Shown piece by piece: positions 41,437-52,349 of a stretch of 64,000 nt of DNA. The stretch covers positions 24,470 through 88,469 of the forward strand of contig NIVC01003605.1 of assembly GCA_002269645.1 (NCBI GenBank), written 5' to 3'. A program made the translations under genes and the position numbers. This DNA comes from Macrostomum lignano. Its lineage: Eukaryota. The notes beneath the pieces are model-generated. The model worked only from the letters and a program-made list of their open reading frames with translations. It ran no database searches and had not been told where the DNA came from. Within the stretch, counting starts at the first letter, position 1; the number at the start of each line of letters is the position of its first letter.

Positions 41437-42372
41437 GTTACTCCTATAAGTGTAGCATAGTACTTATATTGCAGAGAATTTTGCCAGAGCAACTGCTGTA
41501 CTGTACACTCCACAGTGCAGTGACCTCTCATTTCAAACGCATTTTATGCACATTTCACGTTTTGCAGTAGAATAGATACTCGTACAAGCTATCAATAAAG
41601 ATTTTTTATAAAGTACATTATTGTCATTGATCGTGTATGATCTATATTTCATGACATTTTTTCAGTTTCTATGGTTTAAATAATGATTAGCTTTATAAGC
41701 CCAACTGCCCAACATTGGAGCAATTTCTATTTTTTGCTACTGTAAGTAGTCAAAAATAATTATTTAACGCAAAATTCAAGCATTTAGCTTACAAACTACA
41801 TGTAGAAACTAGCAAACGATTCCAATAAATAAATTTAAGCCGCAAATGCTACACAGACTACTTAGTAAATGTGTTATAATAGGAAAACTCAGTCGCGAGT
41901 ACAACGCGCGCGGGATTCTTGTACACAACAACAAAACAAAGGTATATTTGCAGGAAAATAGACACACACAGAGAAAAAGGCATTGCAAAAAGCAGCAGCA
42001 GCAAGCAGATTAAATGAATGGGCAAAATAAGGAGATTTTGTACAGAATGGAAACCGAAATAGTATATGTTAATGTTTGCCCAGGTAAAAAGTAAAAAATC
42101 CCAAAACATCGATAAAAGGAAAAAAACTTTACTGCCAAGGATAAAAGAAGTAAAAAAGAGAGCATTATAACAATAAATAATGCTTTGGCTAGTAAATGTT
42201 TCCGCTCAGAAAGTTATATAATAATAGTAAAACTCGACAACGCTATGCGTATAATAAAATAATTAAAATCACACAATTAAAGGCATTAAAGCTTTTTTAT
42301 TATGAATAATTAAGGCTTCATCTGTCACTTAAAATTCATCTGATTTGCAAAAATGAAATCTGCAATATTGAG

Positions 42373-42376
<4 letters not shown>

Positions 42377-42419
<43 letters not shown>
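42377..42419. repeat. (CT)n microsatellite
   Basis: Directly visible. Confidence 0.95.
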
Positions 42420-42421
<2 letters not shown>

Positions 42422-44639
42422 CAAATCGGTCATAATAAACAATAATAAAATCGTGGAGTTTAGCAAGAAGTCATACAGCAAGTTGGTCACCCACAGGAAA
42501 CATGAGGATACAATCACAGATTCTAAAATAACAAGATGGGCCACTCAGGCAATTATACTTCGTAAATCAGCTTTCTACTTTCAGTTCAGTAGTAAGGAAG
42601 AATATATAAACTATTTTATAAAATAAAGGCAGCTAAAATGACTTTGATAAGATTAGAAGCCCAAGCTTGCAGGCGTAAACAACTTGCTAATTGGCTTAGC
42701 AGTAATGTACAACAATGTACATTGGCCCGTCCAGAGAAATGTACATGGCAGCTTTAGGCTGGAATTCCGAGAAAGGCAATAAAAATTGGGGTGGCGGGGG
42801 TGGTGTGGAAAGGCGCGATTTAGGCTGGGGGTAGGAGCCAATAAAGTGAGCCTTAACTTTAAGAACATATTAAAATGCTTATGTTTAACTTACTACTGAA
42901 CTGAAAGTAGCTTACACGCAAATCAAGATAAGTGGCCCATCTAGTTGTTCCAGAATCTGTCGGCACTGCCAACCTTAGAAGATCTCAAACAGATCCAAGG
43001 CATGCTAGTTCGATATCTTGAACTTGAGTCGACTAATTTTATTGTTCAAAGGAAGTAATGAATTTTATTCAAGTACAACTGGCCGCGAGACATGCATAAA
43101 CCTGCATAATTCTTTACAGTAGAAACGAGTAATAATTAACACGGCAATCAGGACCCGCTTGCGAGCCTCGGGAAGACAGGCTTAGGGACATATCATGATT
43201 AAAAAGTTGAAAATGGAACCACAGATAAACAAAATTATGTAAGTTAGCTGTATTGGTAATTTCATATTTACACAGTCAACAAGATTTAAAGCCGGAAAAC
43301 AATAAAACAATGGATGCTGCCGAAGTAAAAAAACACAATTAAAGTCAAGTTTCTTCTATTAAAGCAGAATTTTACACGTACAAAAAACTGCTGACCAAAA
43401 ATGAAATTGCAACAAATCCCCGTAAACAGTGTTAATCCGTCATTTTAGTTTATTTTTTTCGATACAAAACTTAAACAGTCTTTGCCACAGATAATACAAT
43501 AACTGCTACTCGTTTCTCAGTAGTAAAATTAGCGTTTTTTGTCTTTATTAAAGTTTCCCAAGATAATTAAATTTAAAGTTTACCTAAAGTAGTGACATTT
43601 TCTACCTAACCTACCCCAATACGACAATACAATTGGAGCAGTTGCAACATTTTACTCAGACAGCCGGTCTTGACAATTAAAACACTTGACGATCTGTGCA
43701 GAAACCAGTGAGAAACCAGTTCAGCAACCTGATATCTATGCATCAATATCTGTACAAACAAAAGTGAGCAAAAGCGATACGGTATTCAGTAAAGCCAAAA
43801 ACTTCCGCGTGTACCGAGCGCATAAGTCAGATTTTTGGAAGACACAAAAAGACGCAATAAAACTTCTCTACAATAGAGTTAAGATTCAGTTGGCCACGAA
43901 AACACACTACTGTCAGTAGGCAGCACACTATTCATATTTACAGACGCAGGTCAGTGAATTAATCTGGTAAAGGACAGAAGGCAACGTGTACGGTAATTTT
44001 CTGAATAGAAGTCAGCAAAAGACTATTTAACAGTTGGAAGGGTTGGGCGCACTACTTACTCGGCAGTAGTATAGCCAATAGCCCATCGTTTCAAAAAAAG
44101 GAGAGAGAAAAGCTCACCCTGGATTGGCAACCAGTACTAAAACCAAAAAAGTCTTATTGACACAATATAAGCCAACTGCGCTACTGTTCAGTAGGCAGCC
44201 TGCGCATTTTACAATCTAAAAAATCAAAACACCAAGGAAAACAAAGAAATTAAGATTTATAAATATGCGTGGAAAAATAATAAAATAAGGAAATTGGGAT
44301 TACATGAGATTCAGTAAAACGGGATAACGGTTGATGGGGCAGTGAAAGGTGGTTTACATGCGGGGATGTATATATGAATATATCAAATGTATATATTAAT
44401 ATCAAAAACACTTCAATAAAAGGTTGTTAGGCTTTAATGAATATAATTAACCATTTTTGTCAATAACAAGGCAAAATTTGTCCGGAAGACTTAAAATCTA
44501 CCAAGTAAATTCAGAAATAAATCTGACAGCAACACGGTGTTGAGAGAACCGATTCATTAGTCATTAATTTTCCTCTCTAGGCAAGCTTTTCGGCGCAATA
44601 TGGAACTTTTGTTGTGTTGGAAGTTGTTTGCTCAAAATG

Positions 44640-44990
44640 GGACTTGGCGGCACAGATCAAAGGACTGAGGAAGGGTGGACTTGCCGGCACAGATCAAAGG
44701 ACTGAGGAAGGGTGGACTTGGCGGCACAGATCAAAGGACTGAGGAAGGTGGACTTGCGGCACAGATCAAAGGACTGAGGAAGGTTAGACTTGCGGCAAGA
44801 TCAAAGGACTGAGGAAGGTTAGACTTGCCGGCAAAGATCAAAGGACTAAGGTAGACTTGCGGCACAGATCAAAGGACTGAGGAAGGTTAGACTTGGCGGC
44901 ACAGATCAAAGGACTAAGGGTGGACTTGGCGGCACAGATCAAAGGACTGAGGAAGGGTGGAACTGGTGGCCTAGATCAAAGGACTGAGGA
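44640..44990. repeat. ~37-bp tandem repeat GGACTTGGCGGCACAGATCAAAGGACTGAGGAAGGGT (~10 copies)
   Basis: Head-to-tail copies with small indels and no spacers. Confidence 0.95.
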
Positions 44991-45084
44991 AAAAAACAAA
45001 ATGACAAACAGAAGCTACAGGCCTGCGATCCCAGACTGAGTAGACAATCTGACAGACTACAGTTTCCATCCCATCAGGCTACAG

Positions 45085-46100
45085 CTACAATTGTGGCGCA
45101 CTGGGACCGGCAGTCAACAGCTTGTGCTGCAACCAAATCGCTTTCAATGCGTTAGCAACTTCTGGGCTGAGTGGCGGCGGTGGCGGAGGCTGCTGCTGCT
45201 GCTGCCGATGTTGAGGCTGCTGATGAGCCTCCGCTGGCGAATGCAGAGGCGGCGGCGGAGGCGTCAGCTGAATTGCAGCTAAAATGCGAACGACAAAAAT
45301 GCATTTGTTTCAGGCCCTGATCGCGCTACTTATAGTAGAAATATAAAGGAGTAGTGGCACAAAAGTATGTTTAAAAATCATACACGCGGTGAAAATACAC
45401 AGTTGAGGCGTGTCAGAGTCGCTGTACAATCACCGAGTTGCGTCTAAAGCGCATCTGCTTCACTCAATGAAACTAGAATACAGAACTCACGTTGCGTAGT
45501 CAGGCCCTGGCCGGCCGCATGAGTGGTGTAGTGCTTCCTGAGATAATCTGCCCTAGCAAAGCCTTTGCCGCAGAGTTCGCAGCGGTGCGGCTTGCAGCCG
45601 GAGTGCACGGTGCGCACGTGCCGGTTCAGGGTAGACCGGTCGAAGAACTCTCGGTCGCAGGCGGTGCAGGCCAGGCGGGTGGCGGCCGCAGAAGCTCCGC
45701 TGGCACCGGCAGCGGATGGCGAAGGTCTCAGCGGCTCCGGCTGAGGCGATGCAAACCCTTTTCCCGCGGCGCCGTCTTTGATTGACAAGTCGAGCGGCGC
45801 CAGGGAGCAGCCGCCGCCACCGGCGCCTGTGTCAATGTCGGCCTCATCTTCGTCCTCGTCCTCCTGGTCGATGTCCTTGAGCTCGTTGTCTCCGTCTCTG
45901 AGCAGCAGCAGACTGCTGTGTCTGATATCAAATTTTGCCTCTGTGTCTTTTTTAGCTTCATAATGCCGCGGCAAAAGGCTGATGGATCGGGACGGCGGCT
46001 GCTGCTGCTGGTCCTGCGGCTGCTCCTCCAGCGGCGATGGTGGAGACGGCGGCGGCCGCGGCACGGGGCCGCGCAGCGAGATAACTGGCTTCCGCCGCAT
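45085..46100 (-). CDS. C2H2 zinc-finger protein (two fingers) with a PLDLS CtBP-binding motif
   Basis: Exons complement(45491-46100) and complement(45085-45278); donor C|GTGAGT and acceptor ttttag|CT, both phase 1. Fingers CTACDREFFDRSTLNRHVRTVH and CELCGKGFARADYLRKHYTTH; APLDLSI motif. Confidence 0.85.
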
Positions 46101-47149
46101 GGCCAGCAAGGTACATAAATTTTTAAGGTTTCAAAGTTCAAAGCCTTCAATATACAGTAGCACTGAGAGCTTTCCGCTCTGTATAGCCATGCCAGCTACA
46201 TAGCCAACTTCAAAACCGGCATCAATCAATCCAATCCAAGTTTAAAATTGGTCTGCAGACACAAAGTATAAATTTTATTCAAATTTGAGAATTAATAAGA
46301 GTATGAGATGAATATTAATACTTTTAAATAATGCCAACATGAAGTTGATATACATGTCGGGACAATTTTAACATGATTTTTATATTAGCTGAAGACCAAA
46401 ACATACAGTAAGAATACAAGCTACATTACCTAGGGTAATAATGTACCTTACAATTCTGTAAACTGTCAGCCAATAAGGGAATAATTATACAGCAAATAAG
46501 CTTAAGCTATGTGAATACATTTGTATGCATTGCTAAGGCCTAAAGAAACTAAAATAAAAAACTATTTTCAACATTTAGGCACAACTGCTATTTGACAAGC
46601 CAAACTAAATGGCATGATTGTGGTAGATCAGGGTAAGCCACAAAATTTATGACTTTTAGTTTATTTATGATTTATCTTGCTAGTGCAAGTGACAATGTTG
46701 CAGCAAGTCAATGGGCAAAGTAGGTAATAATATCTTCAACATATATGCATGACTACTAGAAGACTAGCAAATACAGCTAATATAATTGTAATAGACAAAG
46801 AGTAAGTCATAAAAAGATTTATTTTTTTAGGAATTTGACAATAAATTGAAGAATTTTTAGATTGTTTTGAATAATTTGAAGAACTGAATAGAATTCTTAA
46901 ATCAAAACCTAGTCACATATAATTTCAGGGATTATATATAACAATCCAAAATTAGGTAAAAATAGTACTAATTCCTATTTCTTTAAATTCCAATATAACT
47001 ACTGCTTTGTAAAGTTTTATAACAAGAACCATTTTAACATCTATGCAACAAACCAAAAAACTGTCACACCCTTTGCCAAGTGAATGTATTATATATAGAA
47101 TTTTTACTTTTCTCCCATTCTAGATAGCAGTTAGCTCCACATTAGATCT

Positions 47150-47900
47150 TAATAGAGAATTAGATATAAGCTGGTTCACTGCAGTTAATGAGCAAATTGA
47201 TGGATCTAAAGTTGAACATTCCCAGTGACCAGGAAAAAGAACAGTAATTATAAGATATGAGAACTATGGCATCTTGTTGAAGATATCACTAATGTCAGGC
47301 TAGTACCTGTCTGAGTTCCTCTTGCGTATCAAAAGTTAGACCCAATTTGCAACATCCTAAGATTGTGAACAGAAAGAAGAGTGTATCAAGCAGAATGGTC
47401 CAACATATGTGCTGAACTAGGAATACATAGTTGATATGGGAAAACTGATTGGAATTATTTTGCTATGTTGGAGTTGCAGAGACAGTGCATCTGGATTCTA
47501 TACTTGTTCCTCTTCATTAGGATATATTGCTTGAACAGCAGTCTTCCTTTGTATAGCATAAGACTTATTGGTATATAACTGCTTATAAAGCCTATATCTT
47601 AGCCAAGGGATCCCCTATCCAGAGCCTCAATGCAATCATCAAGATGCAAATAAGATTAAGCTCTACTTGAATCTGTCTCTAAGAAGACAACAAGGCTTAG
47701 CAAGAAGTGCACAAGTGAAAAGCTAAACTGTATAGCCAATAGCTAGAGATTTCAAGTCTTGTCTAGTCTTATTGACCTACCTATGGAATTTTCAGATTCT
47801 CACATCAATTGAAGCCAACCAATTGTTTGATGATAGACTGGGCTATCAAAATTTGTCTACAAATGAAGGTTGTGGCATAGCTTAGCTTTGCCATATTTTT
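47150..47900 (-). pseudogene. Heavily mutated piggyBac transposase remnant
   Basis: Across frameshifts the minus strand gives EISSYW, LRDRFK*, SYLHLDD, DPLAKI*, TNKS-LMLYKGRLLFKQYILMKRNKYRIQMHCLCNS and YARGT. These follow the piggyBac order (YW..MSRxRF..LHF.D..D.LxKIR..IDES..FKGR..FKQYIP.K..KYGIK..LCDS..GT.R). Confidence 0.75.
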
Positions 47901-48624
47901 CTTTGCCTAGGCTATCATGTTTTCACAGATAGCTGGTTCAATTCTTATAGACTTGCTATATGGTTGCTACAATCTTTTTATTCTTCTTATTGTCATGGTA
48001 TACAAAAACTTGACATTGTTATACATTGAAGTAAATTATGCTATTTAGCTATACTATGCTATTTGTAATAGAAAAGAAGAGTAGAGAAACAAAATATCAA
48101 TTCTTAGTTTTCAATTTTTTCTATTATAGCATAAGTAGTGCAACTGTATAATCACTGTATATGCAATCAACCTGAACCTATCTTATTACCTAAGCACTTG
48201 TACAACTTAGTGGCATTTAATAGGCTTGCAAAAGATAAAACAAGTATACCTATTGAGGTAGAAGCCAGCATAATAATTGCAAACTTGCTAAAAGAAATTG
48301 ACAAAAGGGGATGAGAAATTTGAAAAATACACTCCTAGAGAAGACATTCAAAACTGGCTCATTTTGCTTGAACCCCTATTAGAGTAAATATAGAAACCCT
48401 ACTTAATAAATACTTTTCATTGGCTGAGACCATGCTTGGGAGCAACCTAAGGATTTACCTGGCTGTTTCTATTGGCAATACACATATAAGTCACTATTGG
48501 ATGGAATAGTAGTCATATGACTGCTCTTAGCCAATAGCAACTTATATGTGTATATTGCTAATAGAAATGACCAAGTGATTCCAATGGTTGCGCATGCATA
48601 GCTAAGACTATGGTTGTGTCTTTA

Positions 48625-49410
48625 GGCTCATTCCATATAAGCATGGTCGTAACATGACAGGTTATTTTTACTTATAAAATGAAATCTAATAATACAATAT
48701 ACTAAACCAATATTTTAAATGAAAGTTTATTTTGTCTAGAATATATTTATAGAGTTTCATATAGATATCATCATTAGTATAGATGCTATTAAACCTTAAA
48801 TGACACTTATGGTCGTAACGACAGGATTTTTGACATATAGAAACTAAAAGGTAAAAGTCTTATAACATTTTTCATTTTTGATATTTTTCAATACATTTTT
48901 AAAATTTGACTAAGAACATCTTTAGAAATCATACTCTTTTATTAGAATATATAAACTCAAAAGGCAACAAAGATACAAAAGAAAAGGCAGCCTTATGGTC
49001 ATAACATTATGGTCGTAACATATTTTTTTCTGTCAATTCAGTAACTTTGAGGTACTAATACATTAAAAATATAATAGATTATTTGGTCACCAATGCTTTT
49101 ATCTGATGATGCAAGTACTATACTTTTATCTATAGTTTGTTTCAATCTTCAAAAGCTTTCTATTTGTTTTTAAAAGGTACAAAATCTTAATGATGTCTTT
49201 TGCTTCGAAAAATGTCCAAATTTTTACAAAAATGACTTTTTGCCAATTGATAACATACTAATCCAACATTTTACCATTCCTTTATTCTTAGATTGTATAT
49301 ATTGCACAATATAAAAATTTGGTAAAAAAATAGGCTAATTAGGCAATGGCAAGCAAAAATATTGACTTTTTTCTATTTTCCAAATATGTCTATCTTATAT
49401 GGAATGAGCC
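48625..49410. mobile_element. 786-bp MITE with perfect 17-bp TIRs (GGCTCATTCCATATAAG) and TTTA direct repeats
   Basis: TIRs at 48625-48641 and 49394-49410; TTTA at 48621-48624 and 49411-49414; internal ATGGTCGTAAC repeats. Confidence 0.88.
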
Positions 49411-50240
49411 TTTAGCTTTTGCTAGTTGGAGTGCATTCATTAGTTGGAAGTACATTTGAACTAGATTAAAACTTTCAGGGCCAAAATGTATTACTTCATT
49501 GCAATAGTATCTACTTTGACTCTAGTTGTGACACTAGAATATTAAAATTATGATGGATAGTCAGATACCTTTGCCCACTAATCTAATAGGGGCTTGAACA
49601 GCAATTCAAGAGCAAAAAGCTTAGTGAATTAAAAAAGAATATAAAAAAGAACTATTTACTATTGTATTCTTAACAAATGCAAATGCAAATGCTTATTTTA
49701 TATCTATGGCTTAGCTATGCTCAAATATATAGATAAGTAAGTTGTAGCCCCAAAGGCTGATTATTTCTTTTCTAGCACAAGAGCTAGCATACCATTAATA
49801 CAACATTTACAAATTTAAATATTCTAAAAGAGAGTAAGCATAGAATGAACAATAGAAAAAATAACTTTTAATATTAATATATTTGACAAAGAAGTATCAA
49901 ATGAGTACAAAGTGAATAAAGCACAGAAACAAAAGATATGAATAAAAGCTAAAAGTAAAAATATTATTAGACTTAGAGTGCCTAGTCATTTTGTCTTTGT
50001 TTTGATAATAATCTTTACAAATATAAGCCTAAAGCCTAGAGACCAAGCGAGATTAGTAGAAGTAGACATTGTAGCTAATGCCAAACCAAATTTAAAAAGA
50101 CATAGATTCAATAAGTAGGCTTGAACCAAAACCTGGCCATTGTTTCTTCTATAATCAACTAGGACCTATGAGACCATAGGTAAGATACTATTACCATTGC
50201 CAGATTAGCTTCAGCCTTCAATTGATATAGGCCTACCTAG

Positions 50241-50444
50241 CAGAGGTAGCAGAGCCTAATATTTTAGGGGGAGGGGCACTGGGTACAGACAGGGCAAGGG
50301 GGGCACAGGTACCTTTATAAGCTGCTAATAAGGGCCTAAAATCAGAAAAAGCACTAAAAATTAACATGTGGTCTGTGGACTCATTTTCTGGGAGAGGGGG
50401 GCATAAGGATATGCCCCTAGTGCCACAAGCTCTTGCCGCCCATG
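50241..50444. mobile_element. Small hAT-type MITE
   Basis: Left end CAGAGGTAGCAGAGC versus right end (reverse complement) CATGGGCGGCAAGAGC; GGGGGCA/TGCCCC internal motifs; 8-bp flanks CTACCTAG and ATGCCTAG. Confidence 0.65.
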
Positions 50445-52349
50445 ATGCCTAGCAGAAGCTCCCATAAGATATCATAAGAAAGTGACTATAAAGTAGGCCT
50501 AATATATAAATTTTGATAATAATAGCTTAATAATAGCCTAATTTTAGATATAGCTAAGCCAATAGAATTTCATATGGCCTAGGCTAGGCCTATTTATTTG
50601 TAATTAATTAAATGCAAATTTAGTCTAATACTAATAGGCCTAGTGTAGCCTATCTCAAAATCATGGTCATGGTATTGTTTTTTTAATCTATGGTCGATTA
50701 GGCTGTTTTATGTTTTGTTAGGCGTATATAGTAATAGTTGTAGGCCTACCCATATTAGCATGTTTTGATATAGTAATATAGTATACTGTAGGTATAAGTA
50801 GGCCTATGTATGCTAATCAGCATAATATAGTTGTTGTTATGCTGTATGTGTATATGTATTAAAATGCGTATCTAGAGCCTGTCTCTGATTAGCGGTATAG
50901 GCCCTAGTTTGCCTGATCGCCCCTAGGGCCTAGTCAATGAGGCCTTGACACTTGACACTGACAGTAGGCGGCGTAGGCCCCTAGAACTAACTAGGCCTAA
51001 CACGAACAGCCTACAATAGTTTAAAAGAATTAAAGACAAAACCAACGTATAAAAATATGTGTATAGTCATACAAATCATAACATATCAAACTCGCCAGAC
51101 AAGAGTGGTTGAGATGATTAACAGGGTCTAATCAAGCATTTCGTTAATATCTTGACAACAAAAAATGCTATCTACCGGTTTCTACCGCTGCGTCACAACT
51201 TTTCATTTCATGTATTTGTTTATATTAAATGCCATATAAAAAGTTAAAAATGTTTTTTTAAACTTTGCTATCACCACAAAAACATGCGATTAGCTTAAAG
51301 CCGCTTTTAACTCTACGTAGCTTTGTTTAGACGCTTACCATTTTTATGTTTTATATTTAAATTTGAAAAAGTAATTTTTTTCCATGAACTTCAAAGTATT
51401 CTTATTATAAAATAGAGACACACACAGATTGAGGCAGGGCGCTGCATGTTACACATTACACTTAAAGTTGGACTAATAATTGTATAATTTATGTTAAGCA
51501 ATTTTTACAAGTGTCAAGTAACCGACAAACTTTATGCCAGTACTGAGCCATCATTTTAATTAAAATTCAGTTAAATCTAGCATTTTGTGATAGTTTTACT
51601 TAGAATGAAAAATGAAGTTCTCTGGCCTAGCTGGCCTGGCCTAACATGATATTTATATGGCTAAGATGAATTTAATTTTCGTTTTATTTAAACCAGTAGG
51701 TCAATAGCTACTTAGAATAATGAAATCTAGTCTAATGTGCAATTGCTGCTCTGCTTTTACCTTTTGTTTTGTTGGGTGTCTAAATCTTTAGGGCCTATTT
51801 ATTTAATATTAGAATTGGGGCACTCAATATTCGCATGGTACCACGTAAATCGGGCTTTCATTGAGGTAAGGTGGCACGCTTTAGAAGGCAAAGAAATATA
51901 AAAGTGAAAATCAACATAGATTATATTATAATGCTATTCTTTTGACGTGTTTTGGTCCAACTAGGCTAGGGCCATCTTCAGGTCTACTGTCTTTTTAGTC
52001 ACAAAACAACTTTTATAAGAGATAAGTGAACAAATGTTTACTATACAGTCCAAGGGGCATATCATGGGCAGAATTTTCAAAGTAAATAAAATCTTATTTA
52101 CTTTGAAAATAATTTGAGTAGAGATTTAATTTAATTTTAATTTTAATTTTTAACTCATTAAGCAGCTTTTCAACTGCTTAGGTAAAAAACAGCTTAAATA
52201 AGTAGAGTGTCAACTGTCAATGAGTCCTGCTACCTACTAGGGCCTACTACAGTCTATATTAATGCAAAGGATTAGTCAAGTCAGTCACGTTGAAACTTTT
52301 TCTGGGCAATAGATGCAAGCAAAGGTGTCATAGCTGCCAGCTCAGCAGT

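Noticed and set aside
44640-44990. 37-bp repeats as a CRISPR array (also considered for 1-200, 60545-61275 and 62700-63480)
   Set aside because: The copies are head-to-tail with no unique spacers, the context is eukaryotic, and there are no cas genes.
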